A stretch of 63,773 nucleotides of DNA, the filler included, from Kondoa subrosea (taxonomy: Eukaryota): assembly GCA_039545335.1 (NCBI GenBank). It is 11 parts of 9 records of this genome, joined end to end, with 100 filler letters (N's around TTAATTAATTAA, not from the genome) between each part and the next. Parts side by side here need not be neighbours in the genome. Positions count along the whole stretch, not along the records: positions 24,774 to 45,931 come from BCIN01000012.1; positions 46,032 to 50,784 come from BCIN01000013.1; 9 more parts are not named here. One strand, written 5' to 3'. The first letter of the stretch is position 1. Each line of letters starts with the position of its first letter. The notes under the pieces are model-generated. The model was not told the DNA's origin. It did no database searches and was given only the letters and a program-made list of their open reading frames with translations. The position numbers and the translations under genes are program-made. Shown in pieces: positions 37,542-47,997 of this stretch.

Positions 37542-39354
37542 CTAATGCACTGCGTCTATAAGAGCTTCCAATCCAGCGATTTGTGCTACCTTTTCAACCC
37601 TCATACCCGAATGAAGTGCATTGTTCGAATTAAGTGGTCCTCCCTGTACGTACGCCGCTTCGGACAACGGCTTGACCCGCATCTTCTGCCATCCTAACCA
37701 GCATGCCTCGATTTTTTGGACTACACTCTTTGGTGCAGATGTGGGCGCAAGTACTAGAACGTAAAGTGCGTCGTAGCCTCCGGCTGGTTTACCGATCAGG
37801 CTCGCGAAGACAGACCAAACCGAGACTTACCGCCGGGCACTCCGCCTCCAAGAAATCCAGGTAGAGACTGGCATGCATCAAGCAATCGCGTTTGTTCCAA
37901 TGGCTCTATTGGTACTTGAGCTGAATTACCCATCTCAGCCATCGCGGTCCGAATATTCTACAGTCAGATAAGCCGAGATATTCAAAGAAAACATTTTGAG
38001 ATGGACCTTCATAGTCGTCCGCACGATCGTGAACGTCTGTTGGGTCGTACTGGACTTTGACCCTGCCTGTCGTTTTATCAGTCACATCCACTGATCACAT
38101 CTGTAAAATTACCTGCGAGCCAGGCGGCTGCGATAGTTCCTCTACGATTTGCCAATATCCGCTTGGATCTGAAGCATATAATGCATGTAAATCACTGAAT
38201 GCGTCTGCCAATTTACTGTTCAACTGAGAGATAGTGTGCCAGAGTTCCTTTGCTGATATTTGAGCTTTAACGTGAGAGTATTATTTTAGTGAAGTTGACA
38301 ATGACTAACCTTGGGAAGGATGCGCATTTCTCCAAGCGTTGACCTTGCCAACCATACTAGGCGTATTACTACCTGCATCAACGTCCGCCAAGAGAAGAGT
38401 CGTATGTGGCGGAAGAGCGAAGGGCTGAACTAAAGGTCCTGCATCTGAAGTCCACAGAGGATTATGTTCTGGCGATAGTACGTTGTAAATGTTAGTCGAC
38501 GTTGCCTGCATTGACTGATTAGAAGTAGCTGCAAGAAGAGTACGTAGTCAAGAAGGCGGACCTTCGCGTCTAGCAAGTCTTTCAAACAGACGGGGTCGAA
38601 ACGAGTGTAAATATGGGATCCGTACATAGCAGAGCTGACATCAAAGCCACTGCCAATCTTGCCTTGGGCCAATGAATGGGCATATTGCGCCAAATTATGA
38701 ATAAGAGTTTGCGAAAGAAGATGTGAAGGAACGAGATGATGCATCAGAGCGGCCACTAAGGATGTCACCATTGCTGCACTCGATCCGAGTCCTGTCTTGT
38801 GCACTTCGCCCAGTGTACAATGAAGCCTTCGAAAAGGCCGTTCGGGAATAGCTTGTGAGGTCGAAGCCTGCATTGACATTTTCGGTATCAATGTTTTGAC
38901 AGAAAACCGGGTTGTAGGAGCACTGACTTGAGAATAAAAGTCATTGTCGCCAGCAATCATGATTTCCAGACTTCCTGAAACTGATTGACCCATTTGTGCG
39001 ACAAGGTTGAGAGCGGTAGCAAGAGTTGTTTCTATGAAAGAGTTCCGTCTGCACGAGCTTATAAGCGACGGTGCAATCAACTATCCATACATCGTACCCA
39101 ACCGCAGCTTTGTTCTGTTGAGACAAGATTATTTCTTGATCAATGGACGTGACTTTATAAATCCATTCGGCTTGCTCGAACTGAGGCGATTTGACAGTAA
39201 TAACGTCCTCATCATCCGACTTGCCGCTTTGCACGACAGAATAAAAGCGCGAAGGAGTCGCAACTACCAGGCCAATGTTTGGCTTTTCTAGCACCAGGTA
39301 TCCACCGGCGACGAGGACTTTGCCTGGACAAGAGCAGCACGTCGCGTCGACCAT
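37542..39354 (-). CDS. ERG8: Phosphomevalonate kinase, multi-exon
   Basis: SCPGKVLVAGGYLVLE, DNDFYSQ, VHKTGLGSSAA, AQGKIGSGFDVSSA.YGS..Y.RF, GSNTPSMV, GGGVPGAGGYDA. Confidence 0.96.
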
Positions 39355-39748
39355 CACAAGAGATTTGAGCTTATGCTTGTGGCCGTCCGGTTGCAGTCAA
39401 CAGGGCCATCTGTCAAATTCATATTTCAATATCATGATGAGGATAGCAATGATTGTTGCCTTGCTCTTGATGAGGTTCAACGTCTAATCGAGGATAAGGT
39501 CCTGTGTACCCATTCCGACCGCTTTTTTCAGGACTTTCACCTTGTATACGGTTTGAGGGCTGAATGACTGCCATGCATGTATTAGCATGTTATCATCATT
39601 TAGGCATGGATAAGGCCGCGTTCATCTTGATTATTGGGATCGCGACAATCACCGATTTGGTAAATAAGCTCAACATGACGTCGGATGCTTTCGTACTTGC
39701 TGTTTTCAATTTCCCTTACTCTCTTCCCAAACCACTTTCCCGACCAAT

Positions 39749-40251
39749 ATGTCATCAACTGGAGAAACCTACCGTCCTACCGAACAGTGAGTGTATACAT
39801 CCCAATCACATGCAGGCTTGGGCAGGGAGCTCATTGCTGTTCCCTTAGCGGCGGAAAGAAAGAAGACGGAGGAGATGACAAGCGAGTTTCCAGCGAGCAT
39901 GGGTGTGAGTTGGCTCTGCAGTCTTACACAGAATAAGAATTCCTCTTATTGACTTCACACAGTCGGTGGAAAGGACGGCCGTATGTGTAGCTTCATTTGA
40001 CTCTGCGTGTCAGCTCAACACCATCGTGCAGCCGATCCTCACGTAGAAGGCCAAAAGGGCGGCAAGACCAGGTAAGCTTTGCTGACTGAAATCTCGCCGT
40101 TTGGACTTACGAGATGAATCGAGTACTAGTGACCTCGCACCAGATGCTCAAAGCAAGGACGATGGCGACTTTGAGTAAGTACCTGTCGAAAGCTTTACAT
40201 GCTTAGCCAATTTCTTGTCTGTCTGTCAGCCCAGAAGCGCCAAAGGTTTAG
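39749..40251 (+). CDS. Small hydrophilic stress/conidiation-type (KGG-motif) protein built from micro-exons
   Basis: Canonical donors GTGAGT, GTGAGT, GTATGT, GTAAGC, GTAAGT join MSSTGETYRPTEH|GGKKEDGGDDKRVSSEHG|FGGKDG|DPHVEGQKGGKT; not in the ORF track. Confidence 0.65.
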
Positions 40252-40448
40252 CATGGAAAACGTTGAGGTGTCGTGCATGTAATAGTTCTGAGAAATCAAT
40301 CCAAGGCCTATGTTCGAGAAAACACTTGTCTGCGTTTGCCAGCCGACGACACCACATTTGTTAAAGTGTAGTCAAAGTATCCCAACTTTAGTCGTGAACA
40401 GCCAGTCCTTTCGTTTCCAATACTCGCGGTTCCTAGGGCAGAGTGGTA

Positions 40449-41162
40449 ATGGCAGAGGGCGCCTTCAGAAAGATCGAGTAAGTCACTGCCTTGCCGTGGC
40501 CACGAAGAGATCAAGCCTTGATGTTTTATTGCTGCTCCAAGCATTGATCAATACAGCGAAGATCTACTGCTGCCCACAGATCTCTATGATGCATATGCGC
40601 TACCGCCTGCTCAAGCTGCTACCAGGGCAACAGAAGTAGACCGCGAGGCTCGAAGCATGGTTGCAAGGTTAATTGGGTGCTGCTACGGCTTTATGTGGTT
40701 TCTGACATGCCGTGATGTTGTCTCAGAGGTGATGCAGCCGGGGCTCTTTCCTTGGTATTGCAAGAAGCGCCTTATGGGGATGAGTCGTATGCGGAGGCAA
40801 AGGTACCTCTTGCTATCATAGATAATAAATGCTGACCACTAATGCGTACAGCGTTTGGCTCTGAATACTGTGTTGTCTATTCTCATGCAAACGAACCAAG
40901 CTTCAATGGCAACAATCATCAAGAGCATCTCTCCAGCAGAACAAGATGCCTTGATGAAATATCTTTACAAGGGAATGGAACGGCCGACAGAAGGACCTTC
41001 TGGCAACTCGCAATGTGCTGCTCTGCTTGGATGGCATCAAAAGGTGCGCTCAGGATGATATCAAGGGATATTCAACCCTTATTTCTTGTGATGACCCAGT
41101 TGATAGAGATTGCCGGGACGGGATGCATCACTAGAGTACTGTCGGATCATCGCAGAGTATGA
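40449..41162 (+). CDS. ARC15: Arp2/3 complex subunit 5 (ARPC5), multi-exon
   Basis: AFRKID|IDQYSED, APYG, QDALMKYLYKGM, LLGWHQK|LIEIAGTGCITRVLSDHRRV*. Confidence 0.95.
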
Positions 41163-41348
41163 TTGATACGTTCATTGTCTATGCCGCTCTCTTCTTGCCA
41201 CGATATCGTACATCTCCCATTGCGATCTCAATTGGCTCGCTATCACAAATTATACATCGTTGCGGATCAAGTGACAGAATCTATTTACCTAGGCCGTCAG
41301 TTAACGCAGTCCCGGGAGACGATGACTTGCTTGTGTAACAGCGCAACG

Positions 41349-42114
41349 TCAACCTAATTGGTCTAAGCGAACGAGTAGAACGAGAACAGCGATCTCGATG
41401 GCTATGACGGCACTTGACATCCAGAGCACTACTTGGCCGGAGCTCGACAGCTTTCTCTGACCCCAAACGCGCCTGCTTGCAGGCACCACTTGCGCGTTGT
41501 GAGGTAGTAGCTGGGTAGCATCGTTCGACTGGACCCGAGTCATGGGATCGGGAATGTTGGAGTCGCTGAAGTCCAGCTTATCCTTGGCTCGGCGGAGCAA
41601 GGAGATGATGAGAATCAGCAGGGAAAGAAGGGAAAGAAACAGTCCCAGTATCGCGAAGTCGGGCTGGAATCTAGGCAATCCAAGGAGTATAGGCGTAAGC
41701 CAAAGGAGCAGTTTCTGCTTGAAGAGACTCTTCACATACATTTTGAGTATCACTCTGCAGTCAAACCGATCGTGAGCATTCAGCATCAGTTAGATGTGAT
41801 AGGACCAACAGAGCATAAGTTAGCGTAACCAAGGACGCTCGCATATATGCGCCTTCGTATGTGCGCTGTCTAAAAATAATATTCTCAGCTGACTGCAAGT
41901 CTTTCACAGGTATGAGTGGACTTCCCTTGCTCGCAATTCGGTGAGTTCATCCAGATCTTGGGAAACCCTTCAGAAACACTATAAGTACAATGCATCCTTA
42001 TTGATTGAGAAAGCGAAAACCAAGAAGTCCTCCTGTAAAGTCGGGTGAAGCCCAGAACCTGAAACTGAACATGAATGACTGAACTGACCGATGACCCGCG
42101 TACGAATGCTGCAT
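41349..42114 (-). CDS. DUF202-type small membrane protein, multi-exon, start uncertain
   Basis: YAGHR.., ELTELRARERTYEGAYMRASL, VILKIF, followed by TM segments. Confidence 0.7.
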
Positions 42115-42162
42115 GATACGATGATAATGGTTCGGCTCACAGTCAGCCCTCGACGACGAAGA

Positions 42163-43709
42163 ATGCCAACGCTTTTTAAATATGTGACAGCATTCTGGGC
42201 TCTGCTGAGCTTTGCGCTGGCCAAATCAGCCTTTGGAGACAAAATCCTAGTAGTGCTGGAAATGGAGAGTGAGAAGCAGGTTTATTCGAAATTCTGGATA
42301 TCGCTCAAGGGTTCGCTATTGCTTCGCAGCTCGTAGGTCCGGCTAACAGCATGAGCTTACTGACAGATAGAGGCTTCGAATTATCATTCCGCACGCCCAG
42401 CCAAGGGCATGCATTGTTCGAATTCGATGAGCCTACTTATCAGCATGTCATCTTTTTTGCCCCTTCAGCTCAACGTGAGTGCGGTAGTATCTTGGCAGCG
42501 TGAGTCAGCTGAAGCAAAGCATTCTGCGAATTGGTGCAGATGTGTCGCCTGACCTCACTCCCAAATCCCTTCTCGAATTCGTATCTCGACCCAAGCAATC
42601 TCCTCATAACCTCTTAATTGCTCTGTCGACTTCCACTTCGGAGGTATGGCGGGAATTCGCTCGCGAATTTTCACTCGAATTTGACGTTGGCGGCAACACC
42701 CTTATGGATTCTTTTGGAGGCGCTAATTCGACGGTAGTCCCGGCCTACGTGGTTTCTTCCGGCGAGCAAGACTTCCCAATCGTAAAGGCAGCAAGAGAAC
42801 CAGTTCTCTACTCAGGTATAGCGCATTGCATTGCTCCCCATTTCCCGATGGCCAGATCCCTATTACGAGCCTCAGCGACTGCTTACTCGTCCGACTCTCG
42901 GTCAGTACTGGAAGCAGACCTGGATGGCACAATTTCTGCGTTGTTCGGCAATCGGGCTTCTCTCGTCACCGCTTTTCAAAATAGAGACGGGGCACGGATT
43001 GTATGGAGTGGTAGTTTGGATCTCTTTGCGGATGAAAGGATGCAAGATGCCTCCAGTAACGCTAACTTCGTCAAAGATCTCAGTACATGGGCGTTTCAGG
43101 AGAAAGGGGTTTTGCAGATCGTCGGCGCAGACCACCAACGTGTCGGTGAAGCTCATGCTAGGGAAGAGTACCGCGTCAACGATCAGCTGGTCAGCTGACT
43201 TCCCATCTGACAGACCGCTTCAACTCAAAAATCTTGAGTTATAGGTATATGGAATCGCCATCTCACACTATCAGGCGAACGAATGGCGCCCCATCCAGCT
43301 TCCGGATTTACAATTGGAAGTCAACATGCTGGACACATTTGTCCGTTTACCCTTGAAGGCGCACTCTCTTCACTCAATCGCTCCATATACTACTATTTCT
43401 TTCCCCAACACTTCATACACAGCGCAATTTCAACTGCCAAGACGACATGGTGTTTTTACCCTGTCCGTGAACCATCGACGTTTCGGCTACACGGTCTTGG
43501 ATGCCACGCATAGCATATCTGTTACTCCACCTCGACATGATGAATGGCGTAGATGGATCGCGCATGCTTGGCCATACTACCTCGGAGCCCTCAGTAACGG
43601 ATATCTTTCTTGCTTGGTATTTGCGGCGGTGTGGATTGCGGCCCGTGTCGTATCACCCCGGATTCAGCAATGGTTCATTGTGGCGACTCTAGACGGGTCG
43701 AATAGATAA
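42163..43709 (+). CDS. WBP1: Oligosaccharyltransferase subunit Wbp1/OST48
   Basis: Signal peptide, YSKFWISLKDRGFELSF, LVTAFQNRDGARIVWSGSLDLF, WAFQEKGVL, YRVND, QLEVNMLD.FVR, LP.RHGVFT..VNHRR.GY, RHDEW..W..AWPY. Confidence 0.93.
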
Positions 43710-44049
43710 ATGCAGAAGCTACGTGCGCTCAGGAAGGCAGACTCGCCCTTGTCTACTACACGAGGTCCGTAAGGGTGCCAAAGTATCCCAGCTATGAACA
43801 GCACTGGCTTGATGCACAAGTTCTAGAAATGTGGCACTTCATCTCACAAAGAGTCACCTCGATATCATGCGCTCCCCAAACCCTGACTTGCCCAGAAGCT
43901 AGGATGATGCACACGCAGCGAGAAAAAGCTGTCTCCCATTATATGCCTTCTAATCATCATGATATCAAAGCGCGAAGAAATACACAGGGAATACACGTCC
44001 ATTGACGTCAGGTGAAAGAAGGCCATCATGGGGTGGCGTCTACACAGCG

Positions 44050-45931
44050 GACTGCTGATCCAAATCTTGGTGATCTCAGGGGCAACTCAAAACGTGTCCC
44101 GCAAAAGTAATATCCAGGGCTCCTTTGATTGAGAGCTGACAGAGAAGCTTCCTGAGCGGAGCCAAGCCTGAACGATCTGTTCTGATGTCTTATCTTCTGA
44201 AAGTGGCGCCCTAATTTGAGATCTTTTGGAACACGGTACAAGGCACAAGTTATGGCTTAGACACGGAAGACACAAGCGAGATAAGAGGTCTGATTGTATA
44301 CAAGCCAAGATCCGAGCCGACATCAGACCAAGCGACAGCTTCATTCCGCTTTCTTCCTGCTGTGAGGTAATCAGCAAAGTGGAAGCAAGGGGTGGGCCAA
44401 TGAGCCTACCTGACATGTGGTCACTGCGAGCTGATCCTTAATCTTAGCTCAGCCGACAATGTACTATGATAGAAGCATTAGAATTCAGCTAAGTTCCGCA
44501 GAGTGAACGGAAAAGCTTACAGGCGATGCCACTCGAGCCTTGACTGCCATCTCACGCGAGATTTGGTGCTCGAGAGTTTGAAAACGTATCTTCTTGTTAG
44601 GGATCGCCTGGGCGCCGGTCGGAATTCCTAGCTGTTTTGCGTGTTCTTGGATAAATTGGTCGGTGAAGCGAGTATCGGGAAAGTGCGCGATAAATGCCTC
44701 TTCGCCTCCATGCCATTCCATCACGGCCTGATAGTTTCGCCGGCGATGAGGAAGATCGCCTGAAGTATACGGCTGCTGACTAAAGTTGAACTGAGAAGCG
44801 ACTTCTTCGTATAGTCGATCGTAGCCGTTACGGTCTTTGGGTAAGCCTCTATTGAGAAGACGGATCTGCCGGGAACACGATCAGCCGTTTGTCTGGTTTC
44901 CCAAGGAAGAAACGACTGACACTTGCATGCCGTGTTGAAAAGCGTACAGGCTTGCGTCCACGCACGAGCCTGGCGAAGTGTTGGCCCTTTCTGGTGTGGA
45001 AGATGGCGTTCTGTATATAAGGTCAACGCGACTTTTCTGTAGATGAAGGCGGCATACTTACTCTATGATAGGTCGTTTCGTCGCTGAGCTTTTGCTGCTT
45101 TTGCTGCTTTTGCGACTCCTACCAGAATCGTCAGCACAAGACAGTGGACTGAAGTGTAGAGCGTACGGATACATGTCCACGAGCTAAGGCCTGCGATGTT
45201 GTGCATGCTGATGAGCGCGACTGTGGACAAATCAGCATTGAAGTTTGTGCGGTCGAGCTAGACTCACTGTCGTAGGCAGCCAAAGTTCCGACTTCTTGCT
45301 GTTGCCGCGACCATCGTCGTTTGCACCTCCAGCTGCAATCTGGCAAAACGATCGATTAGATTCTAGCCACTGTGTATGAGCGACAGACGAATTGACTTAC
45401 TGGTGGTAGCTCAATTGCTTTGGCACCGGACTTCGTCGCCTGCTTCGAATGTCAGCATTAGTCACCATGCGTACATACTCAACACATACTTCCAATTTGC
45501 GGGTCAGGCCTTGAAGTATATTCTTGCACTCAAGCACTCCTTCAGTCACACTCTAGTAAGTAAGTCTCAGCATCAGGATTTGCAGACTAGAAATACTACT
45601 CACTTTGACAAGATCCGCTTTGTTGACCATTTTGCCAAAGGCTGGCAATGCGACTGACAGGTTACAGACCAACGATGCCACGGCGCCACCTTGTATCTAT
45701 TAGTAGCATCAGTCGCAGTCAGAGACTATTGAGTAACCACCAACATTCTCTTCTGTATGTAAAACCGCATCCAAGATCTTAAGCTGGCAGACGATGTCAA
45801 CAAGGGACAAGATTCATGCTCGAGACTCACCAATAAATCAGAGGCCATTGACACCTGTCCCAGTTTGCGCCCCTCTTCAACAAAGCTGCTGAGAACTCGC
45901 GCTCCTCGATCACCTCCAATGCGTTCCACGA
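44050..45931 (-). other. Unidentified intron-containing gene or pseudogene remnants
   Basis: Several minus-strand GTAAGC/GTAAGT/GTGAGT/GTATGT donors and short ORFs, with in-frame stops; no family recognised. Confidence 0.3.
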
Positions 45932-46188
45932 NNNNNNNNNNNNNNNNNNNNNNNNNNNNNNNNNNNNNNNNNNNNTTAATTAATTAANNNNNNNNNNNNN
46001 NNNNNNNNNNNNNNNNNNNNNNNNNNNNNNNTAACACAAGCTGATCTCTCTATATCAGTACATGACTAATGCATATGGAATCTACACTACCTGATCTCTC
46101 TATATCAGTACATGACTGATCAAGATCAAGAGAGATCAGGGTTCTAATATACAGTCAGGTGGCAAGAATCTGATACTCCCCCGCTTGC

Positions 46189-47997
46189 CTAATTGACTGG
46201 AAGAACATTGAGTTTGTTTCTGAAAAGTTCGAATTTTGTTGTTCCCAATGCTTTAGTGAAGATATCTGCTATTTGATCGCTTGTCTTGATTTCTTTCATC
46301 TCAACCTCCCCTTCCTCTACAGCATTTCGAATCCAGAAGTGATTGACTTTGATGTGACGAGATTTGCTTTGATGAGCTGGATCAGTTGCGATAATTCGTG
46401 CAGCAGTGTTATCGCAGAAGATAGGCGTTGGTGAGTCAATTCCATATCCGATCTCTTCCAATGCATTTCTAAATTGGACAGCGGACGTTGCTCCATTGTT
46501 TGCTTCAATTAATTCTGACTCTGCTGTTGATCTAGCGACATTCTTTTGCTTTGCGGATTGCCATGCGATCGGTGCATTGTTGAGGAAGACGACATTTCCT
46601 GAAGTACTTTTGCCAGAGTCAGCACAATCTGCAAAAGCCGCATCTGTATAGCCAGAGAGAAGAAGAGGTTGATCCTTGTTCAGTGGTTTGCCATCTAGTA
46701 CAAGACCATAATTTGCAGTTGCTTTGAGATATCCTAAACACCTGATAGCTTCCCTTATAGCATCCGGTGTTGGTGATGAGTTTTGTCGAGATAGCATTGA
46801 AGTTGCAAACGCTATGTCTGGTCGTGTTGTCATTGCAAGATATAGTAGACAGCCAACGATAGCAAGGTAGGGGAATGTAGCTACTAATTCTTTATCTTCA
46901 TCTGATACTGCAATGTTGGCTTCGGAAAGAATAATGTTGTCCGACATGGGTGTCTTTTTAGGAGCAACATCTTGCATATCATATTGTTTGAGCATTTTAT
47001 CAATGTAGACCGGTGAAGAAAGCATAATCTTCTTTTCAGATCGGTTGCGAGTGACCTTCATACCAACAGCTTGATTCACTTCGCCCAAACTTCTTACAGT
47101 GACAACTTTTCCAATATTGCTCTCGACTTCTTTGATGGTTTTGACACAATTACACATCAACCAGGCATCATCAACATATACTGGAATAAGGAATATTGAT
47201 TTTCCGCGCTTCATGAAGTAACATTGAGGTAGGGAAACAATGATCTTGAAACCAAGGCTTAGTAATACATCACGTAGCAGCTTGTAGAAGTTGCGGCCAG
47301 ATTGTTTCAGTCCTTCTAAGCTGTTGTTCAATTTCCATACTTTATCTGTTCCATCCCACCAGGGTTCAGGTTGCTCTATATATACTTTCTCTTTCAGAGG
47401 TGCATGAATGAAGCCTGAGACGATGTCTATAGCATGGATTTCCAAATCAAAGGCTGCTGCTACCGCAAAGCAGAATCGAATTGAGGCATATGAGGCGACT
47501 GGTGCTCTAGATTCGTTGTAGTCAATGCCAAATATCTGAAGAAAGCCTTTGCCAGTCAATCGAACGGAGTGTCTGTCAAATTCGCCAGAACTTTGGTCGA
47601 ATTTGGTTTTGAAGACCAATTTGTGTCCCACTGTTTTCTGCTGGGGTCTTGGAACTAATTCATATGCTTTCAAGTCATCCAAGTTCTTCTTTCGTACAGC
47701 TAGAGCTTCTTTCCAGCCTTCAAGGTTTCTGGAGTTCAGCATTTGTTTGTAAGTAACTGGATCTCTTTCTTCTATATATCTCTGCTTCAAAGGGCCAGCA
47801 TTTCTTTCTTTAGGCTGAACAACAAGAGACTTACAGTCCAGGGCCGCAGCTTGACCTGCATGACACCCTGTGACCGACAAAGCGGTTTCTTTGACCTTAT
47901 CTACGTCTTGCTCTTCATTTGATTGAGACTTTGATATTGCTTGATCATCTATGCCTCCCCCGCAAGCTATATGAGCACGGTAGGAGGAGGTTGCACT
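46189..47997 (-). CDS. Copia B RT-RNaseH ORF (separate frame, no leading ATG)
   Basis: GIDYNESRAPV, LEGLKQSGR, VYVDD, TRPDIAFA, GYTDAAFA, STAESE, ADIFTKAL; frame open from 47997. Confidence 0.95.
   Translation of the reverse strand, partial: SATSSYRAHIACGGGIDDQAISKSQSNEEQDVDKVKETALSVTGCHAGQAAALDCKSLVVQPKERNAGPLKQRYIEERDPVTYKQMLNSRNLEGWKEALAVRKKNLDDLKAYELVPRPQQKTVGHKLVFKTKFDQSSGEFDRHSVRLTGKGFLQIFGIDYNESRAPVASYASIRFCFAVAAAFDLEIHAIDIVSGFIHAPLKEKVYIEQPEPWWDGTDKVWKLNNSLEGLKQSGRNFYKLLRDVLLSLGFKIIVSLPQCYFMKRGKSIFLIPVYVDDAWLMCNCVKTIKEVESNIGKVVTVRSLGEVNQAVGMKVTRNRSEKKIMLSSPVYIDKMLKQYDMQDVAPKKTPMSDNIILSEANIAVSDEDKELVATFPYLAIVGCLLYLAMTTRPDIAFATSMLSRQNSSPTPDAIREAIRCLGYLKATANYGLVLDGKPLNKDQPLLLSGYTDAAFADCADSGKSTSGNVVFLNNAPIAWQSAKQKNVARSTAESELIEANNGATSAVQFRNALEEIGYGIDSPTPIFCDNTAARIIATDPAHQSKSRHIKVNHFWIRNAVEEGEVEMKEIKTSDQIADIFTKALGTTKFELFRNKLNVLPVN

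Noticed and set aside
47782..47834. GTAAGT...CAG 53-nt intron as a way to join IN and RT
   Set aside because: Its removal would need the ORF1 frame to be open up to the donor, but that frame has three TAG stops before it
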